Shown here piece by piece: positions 26,417 to 40,059 of a DNA stretch of 64,000 bases. The notes beneath the pieces are model-generated. The model did not search any database. It was not told the DNA's origin and saw only the letters and a list, made by a program, of their open reading frames with translations. Source of the stretch: Bispira polyomma (taxonomy: Eukaryota); assembly GCA_965649765.1 (NCBI GenBank), contig OZ287749.1, forward strand, positions 21,886,001 to 21,950,000. The letters run 5' to 3'. Within the stretch, counting starts at the first letter, position 1. Every line of letters starts with the position of its first letter. A program made the position numbers and the translations under genes.

Positions 26417-28145
26417 TGATTAAATTACAACCAAAATAAAACCCTATCATGTCGCAAATTGTAAATCATGAAGAGCTCTGTTAAAAGAAAATGGACAGGT
26501 GCAATGGCTGTGTTTTTATACCAATTTAATTTAAAAGGAAATGTTGTTTTGTCTAATTTTATTACCACTTGAAGCATGTTTTACAACTATCCCAGGGAAA
26601 AAGAATTGAGTGGAATGCGTCACAATATGTGTGGATCAATTTAACGACCAAATGAGTCGTACTTACTTGCGTTGGTGTTTACTACTTAGAGAGATTTAAG
26701 GAAATTGCCCGGAGAAAATCTCTATTCAATGAGCCACTTTTATTTAGTGCAAAATTTTAAACAAAGTATAAAAATCTTTAATAGGCAGAGATTAGGTTAA
26801 TATTTTTAATAGTGTAAAAAAACCTAAGTATATGTGTATAGAGAAACAATTATCAAATGGGTTGATGTAAACAACAAAAAACAAATTGTACAATTGCATC
26901 TTTATGTTAATGGTTAGATCTCAACTTTTTTTTATATATCAAGATTTTACAAATAAAACAAACCCCTCCAGCGTCAACAAACGATAAGGCTATGAACATT
27001 TCAAACCTTCAGAGGGAAATCATGTGTTTAGATGCAGACTTTATTGTAGTCGGTATCAGTATATAACTAGCCAATATCATATACAGACAGTCGATTGTAT
27101 TACATTTAATTGTGTTTTATTATGTCTGGCATCTTCTTAAGTGTAATATCAATTTTTTTTTTTTAAAAAAAAACAAGAAATGGTTAAAAACATAGCCAAG
27201 TAGTTCTAGACAATGAAAATGGCTACTTCCTACAACGTAAAATCAGTGTAACAGTGAACTACAGTCTAAAAGAGACTTAATAGCAACCCACATACATGAT
27301 TGGCTTAAAATTATTTCAAATAACATATGCATTTTGCACTACTCGGAAATATGGCATTATTAAAGGACTGGAAATACAATCATTGAATGCTAAATATAAA
27401 CCATCGGAGCCAAATGGAAACCTGGTGACAGCTTGGGGACTTTATTATTGTGCCATAGGAAATGGTAATTTAATGAAAGGATTATATTCCAAACCCATCG
27501 AAACTGCAGTATTTTTTAAAGTTGGTGGTATTTTTTCATGACTACATGACATATGGTTTAAGCTGAAGAAACGTAAATATGACTCATATGCCATTATTTC
27601 CAAAACAAATTTCAAAAAAATTTTGAATTGTAAAAATAATTTACTGTTTCAAAAACAACAAAATTATTACCTATCATATTCAATAACATAATCACAGAAC
27701 TTATTTTATCAAATGTAACAAACAAGAGCCAAAATTTTGCCTTTGATAAAGATTTAAGACATTGTACAAAATGTTTCAAAAGCTTGAGTGTTGTCCTCAC
27801 ATCGCATATCAGTTGAAATATTTACCAGGAATTATATTCGGCTATTTTAGCTAATGAGCATGAAAAGATTCAAACAAATCTGGTGATTCCAAAATTTTAG
27901 TGAAAATTTAAAAAATACTGTTAATGTTTTAACTAAAATAACTATTAGTAAAACTTAATTCCTAGATTTAGAAGACTTGGTCTGGTGATAGAAAGGTCCC
28001 TAGTTTAACTCCTAATAATGCTACTAGGTTTATTGGTGAGATAACATTCTTCGGCAAGATATGAACATGCCATCATTGCATACTGATGACGACCATGGCT
28101 ATGTTTCAAAACACATGATTGGTTGATTGATTCAGTTGCAGTGCT

Positions 28146-28590
28146 TTAGAAGATGTCTTGTACCAATAAAGCACATTAAAAATAGAAAACATACCATACA
28201 TACCATACAAACACAAGTTTGAAATGGTGAAATAGTATTTCACCTAAAATTTAGAAGATGTCTTGTACCAATAAAGCACATTAAAAATAGAAAACATACC
28301 ATACATACCATACAAACACAAGTATGAAATGATGAAATATTATTTCACCTAAAATTTTCACTTATAACGTATCTTAATGGACCGAGTTACGAATGTATAT
28401 AGGTCAGCCCTTCCTTCTTAAGGGTTTACTAACAAAAAGGCATGTATATAGGTCAGCACTTCCTGCTTAAGGGTGTACTGACAAAAAGGCATGTATATAG
28501 GTCAGCACTTCCTTCTTAATTGTATACTGACAAAAAGGCATGTATATAGGTCAGCACTTCCTGCTTAATGGTTTAATAGCAAAAAGGCAT
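28146..28590. repeat. ~104-bp tandem duplication followed by a ~49-bp repeat in 4 copies
   Basis: tttagaagatgtcttgtaccaataaagc... twice; atgtatataggtcagcacttcct.cttaa...aaaaaggc four times. Confidence 0.85.
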
Positions 28591-29709
28591 AGGGTAATCG
28601 CGAATAGACCATATGACTTTAAGCGAAATGATAATTTGAACAAATCAAGATACTTAAATATTTATAGTATAGTATTAAATAATTAATAACATTTTATGAA
28701 TGGCTTAAGGTGTAGTTAATTCCCTGCAGGTGTCTAGATAGAAATACAATCGTTGGTACACACAAAGCTTGATAAGCTGATATGATACCTAAATTTCCAA
28801 TAATAATGCAATGAATAAAGCTCTAAAGCATAACAGCCTGGCCATATGTAGCCCTAATTTTCAAATAGATATAGTTTAGATTCTATTGAAGATATTAATT
28901 TATATCTTCAGGTGGTAGTAATCAATGGCATGCTATTTGCCATAAGATCATTGAATGTTAATTATGTCATGTTAGGCAAAATACTCACTCATAAAATCCA
29001 TTGGGTTGTATTAGTGTATTATATTCAAATTTATGCATTATTTGACATATTAATTTACAGTGCCCAAGTACAGCCAACCAGCACAGGTAACTGCCATTCC
29101 TATAACTGAAGACAGAGGTTTGAGGATGACAATTTAATTTTACCTTCTGAAGGTTGTTTAGATTGGAATGCCATTTTTGGTGGTCATCTGAACCACTATG
29201 TATCTTCTTGTACTTGGTCACCCCAAGACTGGGATTGAAACCATGTGTTATTTGTGTCTGACACAGTAGCAGATACGCAGAGAAGCTCAAATTCATAACT
29301 TATAAAACTTAAAATGTTTGTCTAAAATATCTAAAAGATTGCCTGGCGTTAAGAGCACAGTTAAAACTATGGTAACATCTTTAAATCATGTTACTAGGAC
29401 CAAGAACAACATCACAATAATTATGAGAGATAGTAAAGAAACTAGTATTTGCAAAACTACAAGCAGAAGTGGCTTGGGCCCAAGACAAGTCTAAATTTCT
29501 ACTAGAACTTCACAGCTGCTGCAGTGTTTCATGACAAGGGGTTGGTTGTGCCCCGTTCACACATTGGTGGGATGGTAGGCAATACCAGTTAATACCAGAA
29601 GGTACTACAACGTATTGTAATTTGTTGTCTCTTCTGTCATACCAGCTGATCCATCAAGGGGAAGTTGTGGAGTGAAATTTGTCCAGATAAGTTTCGCAGA
29701 CGGAAACAG

Positions 29710-29940
29710 ACAATTACTAGCATGGAAGAGTTACAGTAGTAATACAGAAATACTCAGAAATAGTCATACACGCATGAAACACACAATTACTGGCACGGAT
29801 GAGTTACAGTAGTAATACGGAAATACTCAGAAACAGTCATATAAACACGTGAAACACACGATTACTGGCATGGATGAGTTACAGTAATAATACAGAAATA
29901 CTCAGAAATAGTCATAAACGCATGAAACATACGATTATTG
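29710..29940. repeat. ~72-bp tandem repeat, 3 copies
   Basis: attactggcatggatgagttacagtagtaatacagaaatactcagaaatagtcata..catgaaacac. Confidence 0.85.
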
Positions 29941-32900
29941 ACCCTACACCTCATACAGCCGTCTGTAGAAGGCTTGGGAAGGAAACTGAAGTAACAGAAA
30001 CATTGCGATTTTCATAACTTTGTTAGTGGCCTGCATACCACCAAACTGTGAACCCCACATTAGGTAGTATGTGTAAGAAGATGTTGTAGTTCTTACAGAA
30101 TAGAAAACCCAACAAATTCCAGCACTTCCATGTCCACTCATTTATTAGGATCACTGACATTTCCAATATCCCTTTGTAACTGAGATTTTTTTGTGTGAAT
30201 CTCATGAACTAAGAAATTCTAGACAAAAAGCAGCCAGCTTTGCATTATGTCATTGAATTTGTTTCATAGCAAAGTCTTGTATATAAAACTATAACAAACT
30301 ATTCTAATCCATCTCTGTCAGACAATAACTTGTGATTATACCAAATTTTTCCTCATAGTCTGTTTTTATTATGACATCATTCATATGTGAGTAAAGCTGG
30401 TGCACTTTATCATTTTCTCATTTCCATACATATTAATGAACCCATGTAAATACAAATACAAGAGGATTCTATTGTACTGTTATGATATGCTACTCAACTT
30501 ATTTTGAAATTTAAATTTTGTATGATGTGGCTAACGTAGCTAATGGATCTTGTACATTGTACATAACAACTATTGTGCAGTCATATTGTGCATAAATATA
30601 TTGCCATTTACTATTTAATTTTGCTAAAAAAAACCATCAATATAATTTAAAAATTATTTTGACTAAACATTTGCTTGAAACCAAATGATGCACAAAGAAA
30701 CTATAATTATCCAGAAGGACTTTCGACAGAGTATATACCACAGTGCCAAAAAGTGAAAATAATTCCTGCATTCATTCTTTTACTGGGATCTGATCCAGGA
30801 TTGATCAGATTCTGGTTTATGCCCCACCCCAGCACCAAATTACCAGTTGTTATTTTGTTCAATCCTTTTGACAAACTAACAATCAAATCAATCAATGGAA
30901 CCGGTGTAAAACATGACCTGGTTTAGGTAATAACATAGTAACCACCAACTGATTTCACCACACATAACATATCAGTGGATATTATAGAACCCAAACACTA
31001 CATACCAACACTCAAAGTCCTGCACCGTTACCACTTGAATGCATATCCTAAAATGTTATGGTGTAATTTTTGTTTTTTTCATATTGTTCTTACATAATTT
31101 TCAGAATAATTTAACACCTATTTACTTAACATGAGACATAATGGCCTATAAAAGTTGCAATGTAGCTAAATTAAGCCTAAAACTACCAGTGTGTTTGTGT
31201 ATGTAACAGGAAAACATCTGCTAAAAAGTGGATGCATATATCACATATGCGTATTTGTCCATTCTGTGATGTTATTCTATACTTAAACCGATTTTACGCG
31301 CTGTGCATCGTAAAACACCCCCTGTACCTTTTCCACGCACCACGTACAATCTGTATAATTTCTACGCAATGTAATTTACACATGCATGCAGTGACTTTAA
31401 ATCCTATACTTTACTTTAAAACCTTTTCTTGTACACATGTGTATGCATACGTAACTCAAGTGTGATGATTTTTAGCTGAAAAAAGCTGATCAAATTTAGA
31501 AGGAGCTGCAATCGCCATAACCCAAAAGCGAGATCGCAGTGGAAGAATTTAGCTTCTTTGCAGTAATAATGCATCACACGAGTGGGGCAAGCCATTGCTG
31601 AAATTTCTAAATTTTCGCAATAAGCTACAATAAGCTGCAATAGGTCACAATGTTAGGGTCAAGTTGACCATTCATCACCATCGCAAGAATCACAAAGTTG
31701 TTGAATACGGATTGCCCTTGTCAATACCAAATTAGACCACATGGAAGCTATAAAAAATAGCAAAATACTTTTACAAATTTTATAAATATTTCTGCCTGAT
31801 AAGCTGAGTTTGAAGTAATTGAGATATTAAGAATAAGCTAGTTTTGTGAGATTGTAAGATTGAAGAAATCGCATTAGTCACCTTATTCACCCAGAGAATG
31901 AGTTGTGGTTAAGTTATGGGCAAGTGTGAGTTGTAGGTCCCAGAGACCGTTGAAAAGTTGCAAGATAAGGTCATGAAAGCGGAACGAACCCCTATATAAG
32001 ATGGCCATTTTAAGTGATCAGACAACCAACAATATATCAACTGCAACAGGATGTAAAGCAAACAATATAGTTGTTTAAAACAGTCGTGCAACTCATTTAT
32101 TCAGAACACGAAGAATAACCATTTATTATTCACAAAGGTTTATTTGTCCCACAAGAGGTAAATTTCTGTATTAGAAGTTTGCATGACCTTGGAGAAGACT
32201 AAAACACTTCCACCTTTGCAACCACCCTTTAAAATAGTAACAGCACCAATTAACTGAAAGCCTCATGGCATGCAAATCAGAGACCATGTCTCCAAAGAGA
32301 AGAATTTGCCTAGTTACCTCTTCCAACTTAGGTTCACATTTAATTGGTATACACAATGATTGAATTACAGCCTACATGAAACCTTATCCTGTCTCAAATT
32401 GTAAATCATGAGAGCTCAGCTAAAAAAAATGGACGGGTGTAATGGCTGTGTTTTGTAATTTAAAGTTTATTGTATTTTGTCCAATTTTGTTACCACTTAA
32501 AGAATGTTTTACAAACATCCAAGTAAAAATATAGAGTGTCACAATATATGTGGATCATCCTTTAATTTAACAACCAAATGTGTCTTTCTTACTTACGTTG
32601 GTGTTTACTGCTTAGAGAGATTTAAGGAAATTGCCCAGAAAAAAATCTCTAATGAAAGAGCCAGTTTCATTCAGTTATAAACAAAGAAAAAATCTTTAGT
32701 TTAGTTTAGCTTTTGGGTCATCTCACCTTATATTTATCAATAAAAGTTCAAATGATATTTTCTCTTTATTTAAGCTATCTTCGAAATAGTTATTAAAAGA
32801 AAATAATAATTCTTTCGATCATACCAAAAATGGCAAAATAATAGGTCATCATATATTAGCAATACTTTTTACAATATCCCCAAAAATTAGGGGATGTTTT

Positions 32901-35075
32901 AACCAAGATGAAAATGGGGAATGTCCGCTGTATTGTAATTTTTTATTAGGATACTTTGTATTCCTTTTAGGCAATTTAGTGGGAGATAATGTGCAAGTTT
33001 AACCAGATCCAGCACGAATTACTCAGCCATCCAAGAGGCTGTAATCTTATAAACTCCCACTGTCCTCCCCGGATATTCTTTGAGCTAGTGTGTGTGTGGA
33101 TGAGTGTCTCTGTGTGAGTCCTTGAAACACTTAAACTCTGCACTAGTGTCAAGTTAGCTTGTTACACAGGAGAAATGCCACAATTGGCAGAGGTTAAGTT
33201 TGATATTGTTGTGGAATATAGTGTAAACAATTAGTATGTGTTTAACCTATTTTTTATTTGCAATAGTGTAAAATATAATCAAACATAAGCTAGTATATGT
33301 GCATAGGGAAAGAATTATTAAAAGTGTTGATGTAAACAACAAAAACCCTATTGTACAATTGCATCTTTATCTTAGTGCAAAATGGTTAGATCTCAGCTTC
33401 TTTTTTCTATAACAAGATTTTACAAATAAAAAAACCCTTTCAGCGTCATCCTACAATAAGGCTATAACGATTTAAAATCTTCAAAGGGAAATTATGTGTT
33501 CATATACCATCTTTACTGTAGTCTATGTCAGTATTAACCTAGCCATTCTAATATACAGGAAGAGTATTTTTATCGTATTACAATGTGTTTTTTTATGGTT
33601 TGCATCTTCTAAAGCGCAATATCAAAATAGAAAAACATCAGATAGTTTGAAAACATAGCCAAGTCGTAAGTAAGGATGTAGTGCTAGAAAATGAAAATGG
33701 CTACAGCTTTCAGTTTAAAATCAAGGTAACACTTGAATTATGGTCAATTAATATCAACCCACATATATTGATAAAAAAAACCATGGTTAGCTTTAAACTT
33801 TTGTAAATTTACATATGCAGTACACACTCCTTGGAAATGTGGCATTATTAAAGGACTTCAGATATAATCATTTAGAGCTAAAAATTTTAAAAAATCAGAG
33901 TTAAAAATAAAACCTGGTGACATCTTGGGCACTTATTGTGCTATAAGAAATTAATTTAAGGAAAGGATTATATTCCAAACCCATCAAATCTGCAGCTTTT
34001 TTTTAAAAGTGGGTGGTATTTTTTTTCTTCAAAAACATTATACATGCCAACTTGATTGCAGTCTATATCAGTAATATACTAGCCATTTTAATATACAGGA
34101 AGCTTGTTTTATTGTATTACATTGTGTTTGGCATCTTCTAAAACGCAATATCAAATTACCTACCATGGGTATGCGAGTTAAGAAGGTGGGACTTAAGTTT
34201 TCTCCAAAAACCAAGAAGTGTTTCTTGTAATCTCAGCCTGACAGAAGAAGCATGGAGTCTGTTGCCTCTTTTGAGGTTGGTAACGCCAATTATGATGAAA
34301 AGACAAAATCTCACTGACATAAAATGTGATTTGACACTGACTAATACCCAAACAAAAGATAATTGCAGTAGTCAAAGCGGCTATTGACACAGGGCAATAG
34401 TTACATAATGTCTCAGTATTAACATTTAGTTCTAAATATTTAAGACTTTTTTACCGTTGTTCTTAGTGTTAAGAGCAAAGTTAACACCAGACAAAGATCT
34501 TTTCTTGCTATCACTGCAACAAAAACCTTTTTGGCCAAAATCAAAAACTGAAATCTTAAGCTCAAGACTAAGAACTTTTGTAGTGCTGTTGAAAAATTAT
34601 CTAGCTCACTTTTATAAATTCAGTTTTATCTGAATTTAATTTCGATTTGGAGAAATTTGCACAAGTCTGACCTTAACAGAGACAATCAGCAAGCAAGGAG
34701 AGGCTAGTTTTGGCCTTTTGAGTGTTGACAGATAGGTTTGAGGATGATCAGCATATGTCTCAACATAATCTCTCAGTTATGGCTTTTATATCTTGAAAAG
34801 AGGGATAAATTGTGTACATTTTATTGTAATTTATCTTTTGATAAGATAAATACTTACCTTATCCTCACAGTGACTTAATTCTATTTTAGAATTAACCGCT
34901 CGAACATTGAATAAGAGCCTTTTTTAAAAGACTTTTCTTGTCGTAAACCCCAACCAACAATGTGTACTGCGCATGTGCGAAGGTAGTTTCCTTCCACTTT
35001 AGCGCAAAATCCTCATTCTAATTTTTGAATTTCGGCACAAATATGGTGGGGTAGGCCAGGTGGGTATCCGACCTT

Positions 35076-35106
35076 TACACATTTTATTGCGATAAACACA
35101 CCTTAC
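35076..35106. repeat. Internal complementary region (ICR) of the DIRS element
   Basis: tacacattttattgcgataaacacaccttac matches the element's 3' end (..gtacaca) joined to its 5' end (ttttattacgatttatacaccttac), in the opposite orientation to the element. Confidence 0.75.
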
Positions 35107-35759
35107 CACTTTCAATTTGATTCCAACCTTAAAGGTGGAGAGATATTTGTATTTAAACAGAGCCCCACTTCAAGATTTCAAAATTTTTGCAGCACATTGT
35201 CGAGGATAAGATGAGGGACATAGTATATATGTATCAATCTAAAATCCTATTCCAACTGATAAACTTAAGTAAGCCTTAAAGCTGAAGTTTTACATCAGTG
35301 AAATGATAGTTACTGTTTATGATCAAAGAAACCAGTATCTCTAAAAGTAGTCAGAATTACATTAATTCATGAAAACTCACTAGCACTAAGGTAAGATTTA
35401 AGAGTTGAAGCTGTAGCTTACCCTAATCCCGACTTGATAATGCAGTCCTGGAAGTGGTGCCGTCCACTCTCCCGCAGTAGCCATTATTAGGACGGCACCA
35501 TAAAATCAACCAGACCGATCAACTTTTAAAAACAAGAGTGGAGAGCTGTAAAAGAGAAGATACACAAGTCATCGGCATACAATGAAGATCTAATAGTAAA
35601 GTATATATGCACCATGCAAAAACTGTAATTGTATCAAACAACATCAAGTCATTGTCTTAAAGGACTTAACTTCTGTAACCGAGATTCCTGGACAACAAGA
35701 CAAATTCCATAAGATATAGCTTAAGTTCAAGTGTAAACTTACTTAAGTCAAATGCACAA

Positions 35760-36800
35760 TATGCTGAGCAGACACCACGGGACCCAAAGAGAAGTCAGCA
35801 TCTTCACTAGTTTGCCATGCAATATCCTTAAGGTAAAAATTGGTGAAGGTGTTATGAGATTTCCAAAGGCTCCCAGGATCTGGTCAAGTGAGACTCCCCC
35901 CTCGAAAACTAATGAGGCTGCCATAGCCCTAACATCATGAGCCTTAACCTGACATAGGTTCTGAACCTCAGCATCAGCATGTTCATAAGCAAGAATCACA
36001 ATTTGTTTTAACCAGGATGAAATTTTTTATCTTTCTCAAACTAGGCCTGTGAGATATGAAGAGCAACTTTTTGCCTTTCCTTAAAGCTTGAATCTGTTTG
36101 AGATATAACCTCAGAGCTCTGACTGGGCATACAGTGATGTCCTCAGTCAATGAGTCATCCAAAAATGGCCTTAAAGCAGGTATAATCACTGGTTTGACAT
36201 AATCTGGTCCCTGAGATGCTGGCTGATTCTTGGCCAAAAGTACTGGTGAGGGTGCTGTGGTGACCTCAGCCCAATGTGGTTTATGTTTGAGGGAAGGGAA
36301 AGTCCAAGCATGTATTGCACATTTTTCCTGAGGTCAGAGCTATCAAAAATAAGATTTCGAAGGTGACTAGTTTCAAAGAAGCATCCTTCATAGGTTCAAA
36401 TTGATGCTTTGTCAAAGCTAGTAATACTAAAGACAAATCCCAAGTTGGAATACCTCTGTCCTTAACTGGTTTGTCTCTGTAAAAACTAGATAAAAGTCTA
36501 TTCAGTTCAAGACTCTTTGAGACTTCTAGTCCAGTACTGCCCATATGATCTGCAATTGCTGTACGATAGCCATAGGAACAGTAAGAAATTTGCTATTTGG
36601 GCTATAGTAGCTGTGTAGCTGACCACCTTATTCTCTGAGGCCCATTGTTCAAATAAGGACCACCTTGATTCATACACTCTTCTAGAGGAAGCTCGTTGAG
36701 GTGCCTTAATTGGTTCTTCCACAGAATTTGAAAACTGTAAATTTAGTGACCTTGAGATTCCAGTAGCCAAACATGTAGATTGAGATATGGCAGGTTTAGT
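35760..36800 (-). pseudogene. DIRS tyrosine recombinase (frameshifted)
   Basis: IKAPQRASSRRVYESRW, PTWDLSLVLLAL, LFLIALTSG, CPVRALRLYL, AHDVRAMAAS. Confidence 0.88.
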
Positions 36801-36892
36801 TGATACTGGAGGCCGAATGGTTGTTTGAGTAGATGAGGCCACTGTGGAATTAGAAGTGGTAGTCTGACCAATAGGTCCACCAGATCCCCAAA

Positions 36893-37186
36893 CTAAGCAA
36901 TTCCCGGCCATCCTGGGGCTAAGACCAACATTCGACACTGATAAGTTCGCATCTTTTGGACTAGCTTGTGCAGAAGAGGTACTGGACAAAAGGCATAATC
37001 GTCCAGACCCTCCATGGAGATGTTCAATGCATCTATTTCCAGTGCGTGGGCATCTGGTGTGGGTGACACATAAAGGGGAAGTTTGTCATTCTGGTAAGTG
37101 GCAAACATGTCTCTTTGTGGGCGATACAGTTTCTTGCAAATTAAGGTGAACATTTGTGGGTGTAATGACCATTCTGTCTGAATCAC
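36893..37186 (-). pseudogene. DIRS Dam-like DNA methyltransferase (MT) domain
   Basis: TEWSLHP...DMFATYQNDKLPLYVSPTPD..A..IDAL...YAFCP..LLHKLVQK...LVLAPGWP; the YAFPP-type motif is degenerate. Confidence 0.8.
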
Positions 37187-37189
37187 CTT

Positions 37190-38560
37190 CTCTTTTTGAG
37201 ATAAGCTGTCTGCTATTACATTGAGAGACCCTTGTACATGTCAGGCTCAAACCCGGATCTTCCTTGGATTGCAATAAGCAGGTATCCGCCATACTAGGAG
37301 ACACATCTTTAGAAAGTGTGTTCCCCCTTGTTTGCTCAGGTAGGCCACTACTGTTACATTGTCTGTTGCTACCAGAATCCGTTTTCCTTGAACCAAACTG
37401 GCAAATGCCTTGAGTGCAAGTAGAACTGCCTTTAACTCTGAAACATTTATGTGTAAACCTGTGTCTAGACCTGACCAAACGCCTCTGGCTGTAGTCTCGC
37501 CTAGATGTGTCCCCAACCTGTGTTGGATGTGTCTGTAAATAAGAGAAAATTGGATGCAAATCTTCTCTTATCATGACATTTAAGGGGTCTTCCCACCATT
37601 GAAGATGGTCTTAGACTTGGTTTGTCACTGGTATCTGAATATCTAAAGACTGGGGAAACTTCCAATGAGACTTCAGGTACCACTGGAAAGGTCTCATATG
37701 TAGCCTTCCGAATGGTACCGTCTTCTCCATACTGGCCTTAACCCTATCAAAGACATTATCTTTCTGGGGGTCACAAACTGAACCTTTTTCACTGCGAGAA
37801 TCGACTTTAACAGGTTCAACCATTTCTTCTGAGTTGGAAATACTAGGCCCAAATTCAGGTCAAAGTGATTACCGAGAAAATCTATCGTCTGGGTTGGATG
37901 TAACGCAGATTTCTGGAAATTGATCACCCAACCTAGGTGTTGAACTATGGATGCCATTTGTACAATCTGAGCTTGCCCTTGTTCTATCGACGGAGAATGA
38001 ATTAACCAGTCATCGATGTACTGATGAATTCTCACTCCACTGGCTCCACTGGTTTCTCAAGTAAATTCTAATGGGGCTATCGCTATACCAAATGGAAGCG
38101 CTTTGAACTGGTAGGTTTTCTGTCCCACATTGAACCTTAGCAATCGATGAGAGTCTGGATGTATAGGGACATGGAAGTAAGCATCTGAGAGATCCATCGA
38201 AGCTACCCATTCCCATTTCTTCAATGAGTTTCGAATCACTTCCGCCGTTTCCATTTTGAAGGTCGAGATCTATTACTGGACGCCACTTTTTCAAAGGTTT
38301 CGGTACCAGAAACAGTCTGCTGTAAAACTGACCCTTACCCTTTCTATTGCCCATTTTTCTAGCATCTGATCGACACTATTTTGAAGGAAGCTTTCTTTCT
38401 TGCCATGTACCCACTTAAAATGGTCGCGTACCTTGCCAACGGAATATTCGAGTTGAGGACTATTCGATAGCCTCATCTCAGAATCATCACGACTCACAGG
38501 TGAGCCCCTAAATTCTGCCATACCTGCCAGTAGTGTTTCAAGTGGCCTCCATGCAGTGGG
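37190..38560 (-). pseudogene. DIRS reverse transcriptase + RNase H (frameshifted)
   Basis: FYSRLFLVPKP..KWRPVIDL, SMDLSDAYFHVPIHP, LPFGIAIAP, YIDDWL; RNase H LFTDTSNTGWG, HINVSELKAV, TDNVTVVAY. Confidence 0.92.
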
Positions 38561-38569
38561 CCTCCACCT

Positions 38570-40059
38570 TGGCTGTCATTTACGTAGAATCCCTCCATGT
38601 CCCCCACGTGTAGAACTCAAATTTCCCTGGTAGCCTGTGCTATTCTTGGTAGCTGCCTCTTTACTCCAATTCCCTTGTGGCCTAAAGGGAAAACTCTGAT
38701 AGGTTGATTGTTTTTTTAAGTGGGTTTCTGTGAATCTTTTCCCCAGTTTTCATAACGAGGTCGTTTCGGTAAAGACTTCACCTTCATCTTGGAGACCTTC
38801 TTCTCAACTTCGTTTATAGTGGTAGGGTTAAATTAGTCAGTAGTTACAAATCCCTTCCTTCTTAATCTATTGGATGCACTTCCAAGTGTGGGCAGCAATT
38901 CTTTAAGATGGAATCTCTCCTGGCTAACTGTAAATTGCACACCATGGCAATAGATGTGCCAATACTAGACTCCAATGCCTTATCCACAGGGACTAACACA
39001 GTACCAGCCTCCTGTACTCCAGCAGCCACCTTCTCAACCAAACTTTCATCTTGATCACCCTTCAAATGTTCTGACAAGGTTAACAAATTTGAGTCAACTT
39101 CTAGTAAGGACCTGTCTATGGCTCTCACAAAATGGGACACAAACGACAGTACCTGAACATTTTCTCGCAATACAGATTCTAGTATAACAGCCTGCTTCAT
39201 AGGAACAGCTACAAAACTTGGTAGAGACACACCCTTACCCATCAACACCTTGAAAGGATCCTGGGCCTTTGGAGCTGAGATAAAAAATGAAGTACAAGAA
39301 GGTCTGTAAAACCTCATTTTCGCTCTTGAATAATGGATGAATTCACCTTTGTTTAGAAGAGTTTCATCCAAAATTTCCACATTACTAGGATCAGGCTTCC
39401 CAGACGTCATATCCTCATAATACTTCCACCTGGATAGCACTTCTTCTACCGGGGGTAAAGGCATAGGTGGAAGGACGATCCCTTGAAGCAAAGATTCTAG
39501 CTGGCTGCGCTGCCTTCTCAGGGGAAGTCTCCAGAGCCAATAGTGATCTTACTGAGGCCAACACAGTTCGGTAGCAAGGGTCGTCTTCTTTGTCTACTGC
39601 TTCAACTTCGTCTTCTCTGTAATGCTCTATAGGGGGTGGGGACCTCTTGCTTTGCCTAGATCTCACATCGCCTTGATTGTCCTCCAACTCGCCTTCCTCC
39701 ATTCCAGAATGTGTGTTGGGTATATTTGAGGCCTTGCCCCCATCCTCCGCAACACTCAGACGTTGATTAATTTTATTTAATTCTTGCAGAACTAAGGTCA
39801 TAGGGTCAACAATTGAAGGCTGGGTAGAACTGGTCTACAACAACCCTGAAGGACCACTTTCATCTAAGAGGTGGCCTTCCAGGGCTAACTCTTCAGCTTT
39901 CTTCCTAATTTTCTGATCTGAAATCAGTTAAATACACGTGTAGTTATCTTCTTCACAAGTCTGGACACAAAGGTCATCATTGTAGACAATAAAAATGATG
40001 GTCAAATTTGTGTACTTCATAAGAACACTTGGGAGCAATCCTCTGAGAAGTAAACGACA
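38570..40059 (-). pseudogene. DIRS gag-like ORF (frameshifted)
   Basis: ATG at 40059 opens a Cys/His-rich stretch (CSYEVHKFDHHFYC). ORF pieces 39415-39801 and 38862-39491 include NLQLARRDS, as in DIRS1-type Gags. Confidence 0.65.

Noticed and set aside
28680-29300. Possible old LINE RT C-terminal remnant on the minus strand (SLGVT...W)
   Set aside because: Too degenerate to support by eye; would need TBLASTX or RepeatMasker.
28395-29940. CRISPR-like arrays (49-bp and 72-bp periodicity; also 10040-10197 and 18251-18420)
   Set aside because: Whole units repeat without unique spacers, the context is eukaryotic and there are no cas genes; these are minisatellites.
33080-33230. PHD-finger-like remnant (LCQLWHFSC...EFKC) on the minus strand, repeated at ~58100 and ~63780
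   Set aside because: Interrupted by stops, no splice signals identified, and the motif is incomplete.
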